Below, piece after piece: positions 25,593 through 36,830 of a stretch of 58,058 bases of DNA; the stretch's first letter is position 1, and every line of letters begins with the position of its first letter. This DNA comes from Chiloscyllium plagiosum. Taxonomy: Eukaryota. A model generated the notes under the pieces. That model made no database searches. It saw nothing but the letters and a program-made list of their open reading frames with translations, and was not told the origin of the DNA. Both the position numbers and the translations under genes were made by a program. The stretch lies in the NCBI RefSeq assembly GCF_004010195.1, contig NC_057724.1, positions 64,878,293 through 64,936,350 on the forward strand. The letters run 5' to 3'.

Positions 25593-26568
25593 CTGCAAAG
25601 ACAAAGGAATTTTGAATAAGGGAAGTCATGCATTTCACAATTTAAATACATTATAAAATGACACAATTACACAAATGCAAAAATAAGAAAACCAGATTTT
25701 ATGATATTCAGTGTGGAAATGTTACTGGACATGACAGCCAACAAGAAAGATGAGATAGGTATTTTCTGGATGAGGACACAAAGCATTCATTAATAATTAA
25801 AGGTTTGACTCAAGATTTGTGGCTTGGGTGCCAGTTGCTGCAGTTGAGGGTATGTTTGCCAAGCTGGGAAGTTGATTTGCAGACATTTCGTCTCCTGTCA
25901 AAGTGACATCTTCAGTGATTTGGAGCCTCCTGTGAAACACTATGTCTTCCGGAATTTATTTGGTTCTGTTCCTGCTGCTTCTGGTTGCCAGTTCCAGTTG
26001 CTCATTGTATTGGCCGGTATATTGGGTCTAGGTCAATGTACTTGTTGATGTCGTCCGTGCTTCTAGAAATTCTCTAGCTGTCCTCTATTTGGCTTGTCCT
26101 ATTTTCATTGTGTTGTCCCAGTTGAATTTGCAGTCCTTGTCATTTGTGCGTGTGGCTGTGAGGTACAGTTGCTCATGGTGTTTAGTGGCAAGTTGATGTT
26201 CGTGGATGCGGGTTGCAAGTTGTCTGCCTGTTTTCCCTATATAGTGTTGCGTGCAGTCTTTGCATGGCATCTTGTAAATTACGTTTGTCTTGCCAATAAT
26301 GGGTATAAGACCTTTTGTCCTGGTGAAGTGGTGTCTGAGCATGGCTGTCGGTTTATGGGCGGTCATGAATCCCAGTGGTCAGAGAGGTCTGGCTGTCAGA
26401 TTTGAGACACTTTTTTTGTACAAAAGGTAGCGTGGCTAGTGAGTTGGGTTGCTGGGTTGTTTGTCTGGTAGACACCTCCGGATGAAGTTGCAGGGATATC
26501 GATTCTTGGTAAATACTCTGTCGGGGTGTTCTTCTTCCCTTCATAGGTCAGGAGTGCTGCAGTGTGTT

Positions 26569-26779
26569 TTGGCTGAAAATGTGTTGCTGGAAAAGCACAG
26601 CAGGTCAGGCAGCATCCAGGGAACAGGAGAATCGACGTTTCGGGCATAAGCCCTTCTTCAGGAATGCTTATGCCCGAAACGTCGATTCTCCTGTTCCCTG
26701 GATGCTGCCTGACCTGCTGTGCTTTTCCAGCAACACATTTTCAGCTCTGATCTCCAGCATCTGCAGACCTCACTTTCTC
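26569..26779. mobile_element. Fold-back short PLE-derived insertion with hammerhead motif
   Basis: Arms 26572-26652 and 26666-26746 are reverse complements. TSD CTGCAGTGTGTT at 26557-26568 and 26780-26791. Confidence 0.85.
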
Positions 26780-27254
26780 CTGCAGTGTGTTATAGTCCGT
26801 TTGAACAGGGTTCTAATGCAGTTTCTCTTGTGTGTGTTTGGGTGGTTGCTGTTTTAGTTCAGGACCTGGTTGGTGTGTGTGTGGTTTTCCTGTACACTTA
26901 CGTGGTGCATTCACCATTCTGTATTCATTCTACCATTATATCTAGGAATGGGAGTTGAATGTTGGTTTCCTCCTCTCTTGTAAACCTGATCCCTGTGGGC
27001 ATAGGGTTGATCATCTGGTGTGTGCTCTTGATTTCTATTCTTTTAATAACAAAAGTGGTGTTCACGTATCTGATTCAGAGTTTGGATTGGATTTGTGGGA
27101 GGGCTGTTTGTTCCAGTCTTTGCATCACTAATCCTGCAATGAGCCCAGGGATGGGTGAGCCCATAGGTGTTCCATTGATCTATTCATATATTTGGTTGTT
27201 GAGTGTTAAGTGTGTTGTCAAGCACAGGTCTAGTAGTTTGAGTACATAGTCCTT

Positions 27255-27565
27255 TTTTTTTTAAAAGGCTCCCTACAGTGTGGAAACAGGCCCTTCGGCC
27301 CAACTGACTCTCAGAAGAGTAACCTCCCAGACCCATTTCCCTCTGACTAATGCACCTAAAATTATGGACAATTTAGCATGGCCAATTCGCCTGACCGGCA
27401 CATCTTTGGACTGTGGGAGGAAACTAGAGCACCCGGAGAAAATCTATGCAGACACGGGAAGAACGTGCAAACTCCACACAGACAGTCACCCGAGGCTGGA
27501 ATCGAACCTGGTACCCTGATGCTGCAAGGCTGCAGTGCTAACCACTGAGCCAACGTGCCACCCCA
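27255..27565 (-). mobile_element. tRNA-derived SINE
   Basis: Reverse complement of the 9131 family (GCAGTGCTAACCACTGAGCC, GGAATCGAACC). Confidence 0.87.
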
Positions 27566-28169
27566 CTTGTTGGTAGGTTCCCATCTTGTTGTCTGTTTGC
27601 CTGGGCCAACACAATAATCATAGGGACAAACCAAACAGAGGACAGCCAGAGAATTTCTATGATAATGGCACTCATCCACAGATGCCATCAACAAGCATAT
27701 AGACCTAGACACAATATACCAATCACTACCATGAACAACCGGAAGCAGCAGGAACAGAACTTAATAAATTCCAGAATTCACAGTACAAAAGTGTTTCATA
27801 GGAGGCTCCAAAGCACTGAAGATGTCATCTAGATAGGGGCAAAACATCTGCAAATCAACTTCCCAGCTTGGTGAACATACCCACAACTACGACAATTCAT
27901 TAATAATAATAAAAAGCACAGTAAATTCTGCTACACAAGAATTATCCTTAGTTAATTAAGTATGGAAAGTAGATTAACCAAATAGCACAAGTAACAATGA
28001 TAGGACAATGTATGTTGCAGCTGTGGAATATCAGAGCATTTGGATGCTCAGGAAATCCAGGACAAATCATCTGCAGAATGTTTCAGCAGTTAGAGGAATT
28101 CCTGATCAAGATTTCTGAAAGCTGAACTGCAGACACTCCACAACACATAAAAAGGGTAGATCTATCTGT

Positions 28170-31100
28170 CTAAAACAGTCACATCTCAGAGGGTCATGTG
28201 GTTTTTTTAAGCAATGAAGGGACAGAGGATGTGATCGTGAGTGAGGTAGGTAAAGAGACGAGAACACTGTAGGAAGAGCCTCAGACTTCACAACTGTCAA
28301 ATTGTTGAGGTACTCTTAGACAGTGTGGATAAGAGCAAAGCCTGCAAGGTAGATGAGCAGACTCACCATAGCACCATGGTAAAAGAAGCCATTGATTCAT
28401 GTGGAGTAAAAGGAATGTTATAGTTGTGGAGGACAGTATAGTGAGGATGACTGATCGTGCACATGTCTAGAAAGCTGTGATATCTGCCTGATGCCAGGAT
28501 TCAGGGCATCATCTTAGGATGGAGAGGATCCAGTCATCATAGTTCACAAAGGTAACAATGACATAGGTAGAATATAGAAAGAGATTCTGTCGAGTCAGTA
28601 AGAGGAGCAAGGCACCAAAGTAAGCAGAACTTCAAAAGATAATGATCTCTGAGACAGTGGGATTGTACCATTAGGACAATCTATACCCCAACCATGCTGG
28701 GACTGATGTACTTGCAAATTATATCACTAGGTAAACAGCAGGTTTTAAACTAAATAGTATAGGGAAGAGGATCAAATTCAGGAAGGTGTGATAAAGCAAA
28801 GACTAGAGAGGACTGTTAGTGTTAGTAATTAGTGTTATTGCTCGTCTTAGTCTGGTTACAAGATAATAAAAAAAAACAAACAAAACACAAAAAGTTCTAT
28901 CTGAATGCACACAGGATCTGAAATAAACAGGTGATTATTTATTTCAGTTTGCACTAATAGCCATGAGAGAAATGGTTACATAATGACACCAGAAAATACA
29001 GGATATTTGGAAAAGACAGCTAACTAGGAAAGGTGAAGGGGTAGTGAGGAAAGTCTGACTGTGCTAGGTTTGTATCAGTTGGACTTAAGAAGTGACTCAG
29101 GTTATGCCTTCTGGTCCTAGATTCTCCCACAAGGGAGATAAACCTCTCCATATCCATCCTGTCAAGTCCACTACAAATTTTTCAAGTTTCAATAATGGTC
29201 ACCTCTCAATTTTTAAACTTTGATGAGAATAAGAACAACCTACTCTATCTCTCCTCTTTGAAAATCCCTCCAGACCAACCTAGTGAACATTCTCTTGACT
29301 GGCTCCAATGCCAGCATATTCTTTCTAGATAAAGAAAACAAAACAGTTCACAGTATTCTAGGTGAAGTCTATCTTGTGCTTTATATGGTTTTAGCAAGAT
29401 CTCCCTACTATAGATCATTCCCTTTGAAATAATGGCCATTATTCCATTTACTGCTACCTGCCAAATTTGGATGCTGACTCTTCATGATTAATGTAGCATG
29501 GCCCTAACTCCGACCATGCCACAGCTTTTCATAGATTTTATCCATTTAAATAATATTCTCTATAGTTTCTGCCAAAGTGCATTACATCACATTTTCCCTC
29601 ATAGTATTCCACCTGCCACATTTTTACCTCCTCATTTAACTGGTCTCAATCCTGCTCTAGACTCGGTCATCCTCACCACTTATCTTCCTACCCATTTGTC
29701 ATCTGCAAACTTGGCAAAGTACATTCAGTTCTACCACCCAAGTCACTCATACATATTGTAAATAACTGGGCTCCAGCACTGAAAATAACCCCCACTTCTC
29801 CCAACTGTGTTTATTACTTAGCCATTCTTATCTCCATGCTAATATATTACCTCCAACACTATGAGGTCTTGTCTTAAGCAGCCTAATGTGAGGTACTCGG
29901 TCAAATGCCTTCTGGAAATCTATTACATTACATCCACTGCTTCCCCTTTATCTATCCCATTTGTAATCTCCCAAAGAATTCTAATAAAATTTGTCAGGCA
30001 TGATTTCTTCTTCATGCTAACTCTGCCCAATTACTCTATGTCATGCATTTCTAAATGTTCTAAATGCATCCTTTATAACAAACTAACATTTTTCCAAAAA
30101 CGTGTATTATGCCAACTTACTCACCATTTTTGTCTCCTTCCTATTTTGAATAAAATTGGTCTTCAGCCCCAAATGTTTTCCCAATATTTTATCTCTAGCA
30201 AAAAGTATTATATTAAAATTTCCTCTCCAACTTTGCCCCTTGATTTAGTATTTTTGGAATGCTATTAGTCATATCTGAAGTGAAGATGGATGCAGAGAAT
30301 TTATTCAGCTTCATTGCCATTTCCTCGTTACCATTATCATTTTTTTCAAGCCTCATTCACTAGGGGCCCTATGTTCTTTCCTGCCTTTTTCTTTCTTTAT
30401 AATGGTGGAGAATCTATTACCATTTGAAAATTTGTGTGTCATTTTCCATTTTTGACAAAGAATTTAAGGTGTTTTGATTTTAAAACACTTTGAAAAATTG
30501 TTTCCTTATTTTTGCTGCATTGCACATTTTTTATATGTGTTTAAAAGAAGCCCGTGCTGTTCATCTTAGTATTACTTCAAAGTTTATTTGAGTTTTCTTC
30601 AGAAACAACCCTTCACAATCCTCTGGCTTTCCTTTTTTTTTTGACACTTTGTACGTTTTCTTTCAATTTGATGCTATCCTTAGTTTCATTGGTTAATTTA
30701 TCCTCTTCCGAGAATCTTTCTTTCTCAGTGGGATATATTTCTGTTATCAGCATCTGCCATTGTTTCCCAACCATCTTTGCTAAACTTCTTTCCCAGCTCA
30801 CACTAGCTAGCTCTGCACTCAACCATTTGCAATTAACCTTACTTAATTTTAGCACTGTTATTTTCAACCTAGTTTCTCCCTCTGAAACTGAATGCTAAAT
30901 TCTACTATGCTTTCACCATAGCTTTCTGTGATCTTTTATTAAGAGTTTATTTATGAAACTAACCTCATTACATATCACCATATCTAAAATAATCTCATCC
31001 TTTGTTCAATTCATTACATATTATCTGAAGAAATGGTTTCAAATGTGCTATGAATTCTTCCTATGGCTATCTCTGCCAATTTGACTTTCCCAACCTTTAT

Positions 31101-31420
31101 GAAGATTAAAGTCAACCATAAGATATTGCCTCTTTTTACATTCCTTCATTATCACCCAATTTATTCTCTGTCCTACCATACAGTAAGTATTAGAGGCCAA
31201 TAGACTTATTCTACCATGGTCATCTTCCTCAGTACATTTTAAGCTCTATATGAATTCTACATCCTCCAATTCTAAATCATCTCTTGGTATCATACTTATT
31301 CCATCTACACTAATAAACTACCCAATTATCCTTTGCTTCCCATTAGTCATTGAAAACCCCTGAAAATTTAGTTTGCAGCTTTGATTTCTTGCAATTATGT
31401 CTCTTTAGTGGTTACAAGAT
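28170..31420. mobile_element. Old CR1/L2-type LINE remnants (plus strand ~28170-29080, minus strand ~29095-31420)
   Basis: Minus-strand RLHLEYCELF, KITVLKLSKVN...LASVSWERSL; heavily decayed. Confidence 0.6.
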
Positions 31421-31964
31421 CATTTTTTAAAGAAATTCAGTTTTAAGAGTCACTGGCTGGCCAGCATTAATTGCCTGTCCCTGCCTGTCCTTCAGAAGCT
31501 GGTGATGAGTTGAGTTGTCGTCTTGAACTGCTGCAATATACATGTCTGTAGGTAGACCCACAATGTTCTGAGGAATAAATTCCAGGATTTTGGACCAGCC
31601 TGATAGATAATCTCGAATTGTTCTTAACACTACTTAAATTCAAGCATGGATCATTTTTTAAAACAATTTTATCCACCTTTTGACTTTATTTACTGCTGCT
31701 TTAATATTTGTGCACTCAGGATAGAAAAATCTTAAATAGTTGCAGTAATCTACTCAGAAAAGTTAGTCATCCTGAATACAGAACTGAAAAAGTAAACAGA
31801 TTAAGAAGAGACTTATCAGTTTTAAATTTTATAACTTCAGTCTTCAGGGAAAGAAACCATCTAGTCATTATCATGGTCATTGGAGTCTCCAGTGTTGGCT
31901 ACAACATTTGTCATGTTAAAGTGGGACTAAAGTCATATTGTGATTCTGCACAAGGCAACCTCAG

Positions 31965-32408
31965 AAATGATTTAAAAGATGTTGCCAGGTTTGGAAGATT
32001 TGAGCAAAGGGAGACGCTGACTAGGCTGGGGCTATCAGAGCCATCAGAGGTTTATGAAATCATGAGGGGCATTGATAGGTAAGTAGACAAGGTTTTTTCC
32101 CTGGGGTGGGAGAGTCTAGAATAAGAGGGCATAGGTTTATGGTGAGAGGGGAAAAATTTAAACAGGATCTAAGGGGCAATGTTTTCACACAGAGTGTATG
32201 CATGTATGGAATGAGCTGCCAGAAGAAGTGGTGGAGGTTGGTACAATTACAACATTTAAAAAGCATCTGGATAGGTATATGAATTGGAAGGGTTTAAGAG
32301 AGATATTGGCCAATTACTGGCAAATGGGACTAGATTAGTTTAGGATATCTGGTCAGCATTTACGAGTTGGACTGAAGGGTCTGTTTCTGTGCTGTATTGT
32401 ATGACTGT
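31965..32408 (+). mobile_element. CR1-clade 3' fragment
   Basis: EVYEIMRGIDR; AACTTTT/GGAATGAGCTGCCAG block; TATGACTGTAT tail. Confidence 0.85.
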
Positions 32409-32596
32409 ATTGGCCACTTTGCAGCATAAATGAAGTTGGTACATTCTATATGAGTAAAAACTGAATGTGTTTTTAAAAATTGAGAGGGGAAAGAAAATTG
32501 CTTTCTCAGCCATTAGTTCCAAAATCCACTTTTAGCTTAATGTACTATCATATGGCTAATTTTGACTTTTAGTTCTGACATTTGACTTTCTCGCAC

Positions 32597-32673
32597 CTTC
32601 ATCCCCATCTGCTGCTTACAGTTGCCCAAACGTGGTTTCATCTCACATCTTGGATATTTGGCAGTGATGTCTC
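32597..32673 (-). CDS. Uncharacterised ~947-aa protein, 77-nt exon
   Basis: Acceptor TTTTTCTTATTACAG, donor AAG|GTGCGA; GDITAKYPRCEMKPRLGNCKQQMGMK; phase 1 in, phase 0 out. An alternative GTAAGC donor 23 nt earlier would break the frame with the next exon. Confidence 0.68.
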
Positions 32674-32886
32674 CTGTAATAAGAAAAAGCAGTATGCTTT
32701 GACAGAATGGATTTAAAAAAGGAACGGCAATGCAAATAGTTATAATAATACATTACAAATAAGTCAGATTGTTTCTGGTCAATCAGTTGAAGTTAAATCA
32801 CAATATTCGATATTCTGCATCAAGACTTTGTCTTAAAATATTGGTGTGTTCAAGAAACACTGGTTGTTTGGATGAACATACACCCT

Positions 32887-33115
32887 GGAGGAGAAAGTGA
32901 GGTCTGCAGATGCTGGAGATCAAAGTTGAAACTTTATTGCTGGAACAGCACAGCAGGTCAGGCAGCATCCAGGGAACAGGAGATTCGACGTTTCGGGCAC
33001 AGGCCCTTCTTCAGGAATGATTCCTGAAGAAGGGCCTGTGCCCGAAACGTCGAATCTCCTGTTCCCTGGATGCTGCCTGACCTGCTGTGCTGTTCCAGCA
33101 ATAAAGTTTCAACAC
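32887..33115. mobile_element. Fold-back short PLE-derived insertion with intact hammerhead cores on both strands
   Basis: Near-perfect inverted repeat centred on 33019. TSD TGAACATACACCCT at 32873-32886 and 33116-33129. Confidence 0.88.
33019..33056 (+). ncRNA. Minimal type I hammerhead ribozyme motif (mirror copy on the minus strand at 32982-33018)
   Basis: GATTC-CTGAAGA-A-GGGC(CTGT)GCCC-GAAAC-GTC-GAATC: stem I GATTC/GAATC, CUGANGA and GAAA cores, 4-bp stem II, palindromic ACGT in place of stem III, GUC site. Confidence 0.78.
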
Positions 33116-34722
33116 TGAACATACACCCTACCTCCTCAAACAGGAGATGGCACAAGTTAAATAAAAACTGAAATAACTGCAGATGTTGTAAATCAGAAAC
33201 AAAAACAGAAATTGCTGGAAAAGCTCATTAGGTCTGGCAGCATCTGTGAAGAGAAATCAAAGTTAAAGTTACGGATCAAGTGACCCTTCTTCAGCACATG
33301 GGTTAGTTTGACCTCAAATTAGGGGTTTACACTGTTGTGTCACAAATAGATTGGAACCAATAGGCAAATGGCAGGCCAATGCAAGAAGCAAAAAAATACA
33401 AACGGCCTTGGATTTCTTTGGGGACAAATGAATAGACGGACCTAGGTGAATGGGGAAAATTACTTGCAAATGGTTTTCAATATCGGAAAACGTGAGGACA
33501 TCTGCTTTTGGTCTAAAGAAGGTAGTCCAGATAGTTTGCAATGGTGAGAAGCAAGATGCAGCAAAGACTCAAAGAGACTTGGAGTTTAGGTACATAGATC
33601 AGAAAATGTCAATGTTAGCTATGATATTTAGTCAACAAAAATATACGAGGAACAGAAGTCATGCTTGAAGCTATTCTAATCCCTTATTAATCAAAACTTG
33701 GAGAACTGAGCACAGTTTTAAAGAGAAGAGGATAAGCTGCCTTTATGGAATTCAGTGTAGATTCACAAAAATAACCAAGACTTGGTGTCATGCTGGATGA
33801 GAGATCACACAAATGAGAATTATATTGCTTGGAATTCACAAGGTTAAAAAGATGATTTTGATCAAAGTCAAGGTAATGGACTGGGTAAATTGAAAGAAAA
33901 CATTTCTACTGGTTGGGGATAGTTTGCAAACTAGAACTAGAACTAGAGTTATCAAAAGTGAAATTAAGAACCTCCTTTATACAGAAGGTAGGAAAGGTTT
34001 GGAATTTTCGACAAACTGCAACTGAATCTAGATTCATAGTTTTGTTAGCTAAAAAGGCACAAGGAACACGAGGCAAAGGCAGGTATATGGAGAGTTAAGT
34101 CACAGGTCAGCCATGGCATCACTGAAGATGGGACAGGCTCAAGGGGCTAGATGAACCCTTCTGTCCAACGATGGGACTTCGAATATAGATATCAATAAAA
34201 GGGTCAGGCTCATATACAGAAAAAATGTCTTTTGAATAGTTTAGAATTTGCAACAGTAAGAAGTAGGAATTAAAGGGCTTTTTGAAATCCCATCGGATAA
34301 ATATTAATATTTTAGGTTGAATGGTCGATAAAAAGTACAAAGAAAATTGGAATTGTTGATGACAAATTTAAAATGTCATGTGTCACCAACCATATTATTG
34401 AGCAATAAAAATTAATCAAAAACAATTATTTCCCATGAAATGAAGCTGAAATTCAATTTTAAAATTAAAGTTAAAAACACATATACCTGAATAAGATTAT
34501 AAATACCTATTATGACATGACATCAAAATTTGCATATTTGTGATCCAAAACAAGTTCAGAGATATTAAATTGTTCCTTAATGGTGGCTCCTCAAAATCCA
34601 GAATACACGCTGCAGGTGCAAGTGTAAACAGAATATGAAGTACTTAGCAGCTCATAAGTGTTCATTGCCTCCTTCCCTTTCATTGTGCGTTAACGCATCT
34701 TTTTTCAGCATGCCATATTTAC

Positions 34723-34870
34723 CTCTACTAGAGGCAGAAGCCTGTTTGAAATTTGCTTTTGTTTCTTGCACAATGAATTTTGACAAGTTCAGTGAAGACC
34801 TTTTGTTTAGTCCAGGTATCTTTGAGATACTTTTAGCCAAAGGTTGATTAGATTTGGCTTTAGGAGTCAT
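34723..34870 (-). CDS. Uncharacterised ~947-aa protein, 148-nt exon with SKIP motif
   Basis: Acceptor CTGCTCTCTTTCAG, donor GAG|GTAAAT; MTPKAKSNQPLAKSISKIPGLNKRSSLNLSKF...ASSR; phase 0 in, phase 1 out. Confidence 0.8.
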
Positions 34871-35186
34871 CTGAAAGAGAGCAGAGTACTTATAAACAAA
34901 GATTTTCTCATTGCAACAACCATTCCAATGAGAGCAGAGATACCGTACAAAGGGTCTACCAGCACATCATGCTGGGTCATATCTATTCAAACAACTTGTT
35001 AAAAATGGAATACTAAAGTAGATTAGAGGATAGTGCAGTTGTGCAAATGGGATACAACTTCTGGCAATTGGTGACCATCCCAAAGATTAAAATTCACATA
35101 ATAAAGGAGCCTGTAAGAACAAATGGCCTGTTTTGCAAGAACAGTTATAAAGTATGGCAGATGCTGGAAATCAGAACAAAGCTACT

Positions 35187-35610
35187 GAATTGGATTGAAT
35201 TGAATTGAATTGAATTGAATTTATTGTCACGTGTACCAAGGCACAGTGAAAAGCTTTGTCTTGCAAGCAATATAGGCAGATCACATAGTTAAGTAGCATA
35301 GACAAGTAAATAAATAGGTCAACAGTGGCAAAAACAAAAACACAGGTACAGGCAAATGTTAAGAGTTTGAGTCCATTCAGTATTCTAACAATAGGGTAGA
35401 AACTGTTACGAAACCGGCTGGTGTGTGTGTTCAGGCTTCTGTACCTTCTCCCCAATGGTAGAGGCGGTAGAAAAACATTGCCAGGGTGGGATGGATCTTT
35501 GAGAATGCTGGCGGCCTTTCCTGGACAGTGGGCCTGGTAGATGGATTCTATAGATGGGAGGTTGGCCTTTGTGATTGTCCAGGCCAAGTTCACCACTCCC
35601 TGTAATTGTT
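35187..35610 (-). mobile_element. Rex1/Babar-like LINE 3' fragment ending in an (AATTC)n microsatellite
   Basis: LPSIESIY...KAASILKDPSHPG...LPLGRRYRSL..TSRFRNSFYP; (GAATT)n at 35187-35221. Confidence 0.75.
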
Positions 35611-35619
35611 TCAGGAACT

Positions 35620-36620
35620 CTTGAAGGTTCACAAGATTTGTTCCTAGGATGGGAGGGATGAAGACTGATTGGGTAAACTGGGCTTGTATTCTTAGTTTTA
35701 AAGACAGGGAGGTGGTCTCATTGAAATGATATACTTAAAAAGATATAGAGGGTTGATGAATGCAAGACATTTCCCCTGGTTGGGGAATTTCAAATCAGGG
35801 GGCACAATTTAAAGTAACAAGATCCCTCTAAGGTTCGCAATGAGGAGAAAGCATTTTACTCAGTGGGTTATGAATCTTTCAAACTCTCTATCACAGAGGG
35901 CTTTGGAAGTACAATCTTGGAGCATGTTTAAAGGTAGAGATTGAAAGGTGTCCGATTACCAATGGCATACAGGGCTATGGGGTAGCAATCGGTAAAAGTC
36001 ATTGATATGTTTGCTCAGTCATGAGCATTTTGAATAGATGGGTAGGCTCAACAGGGTGAATGTAATACTCCTGTTCATTTCTTCCTATTTCACCAGTCAT
36101 CTGCGTCCAATCCTGGTCACTGTGTTTTAGGAAGGGTATTATTAAGTTAGATAGGGTTCAAAAAAGATTTATCAGGATGTTTCCAGGAATGGGGAGTTTG
36201 AATTATAAGGAGAAGCTAGATAAGCTGGAACATTTTTCACTCGAGCATAGGCGGTTAAGGAGTGGCCTTATAGGGGTTCATAAAATCAGGTGTATGGGTA
36301 AGTAAGGTAGATAAGGTAGTTGTCTTTTCCCTAGGCAGGGGATTTCAAGACTAGGATGCATATTTTTAAGGTGAGAGGAGAATTTTTTTTAAAAAGACAG
36401 GAGGGGCATTTTTTTTTGTTTTATACAGAGTGGTTTGGGTAGAATGCACTTCCAGAGGAAGTGGTGGATGTGGGTACAGTTACAACACTTAAAAAAAGAT
36501 ATTTAGAAAAATATATGAATAAGAAATGTTTGGAGGAATATGGGCCAAGAGCAGGCAGGTGGGACTAATTTAGTTTGGGATTATGGTCAGCGTGGATTGT
36601 TTCCATGCTGTATGATTATC
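35620..36620 (+). mobile_element. Two CR1/L2-type 3' fragments
   Basis: GTCCAATCCTGGTCAC, GGGTTCAAAAAAGATTTATCAGGATG, CCATGCTGTATGA tail. Confidence 0.75.
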
Positions 36621-36830
36621 AATAACTGTCAGTACTTCTAAGTCTGGGAGAACACAAAAACTAGATACTTAAGATTTCCAGTTGGGAGAAAAAGAAAATC
36701 AGTCTGAGCTCACAGGAGACCAGCCAGTCTTGCATCAAGTAAAGCACTGCAATGTTTGTCCACCATATTACACACAATTTCCTCCAATTGAAAGCAGAAT
36801 AAATAAGACGGTTATAAAAATATAACTTAC

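Larger units (their letters stand above)
25798..27894 (-). mobile_element. Penelope-like element (RT plus GIY-YIG) with an inverted terminal segment, containing a nested fold-back element and a SINE
   Basis: Minus strand has NGTPMGSP and NVIYKMPCKDCTQHYIGKTGR. 27605-27890 is an inverted copy of ~25835-26120. TSD ATTCATTAATAAT at 25785-25797 and 27895-27907. Confidence 0.88.

Noticed and set aside
34652-34722. ORF-track continuation GKYGMLKK...NEHL* as the protein end
   Set aside because: A strong donor at 34722 and three phase-compatible downstream exons fit better; intron retention cannot be excluded.
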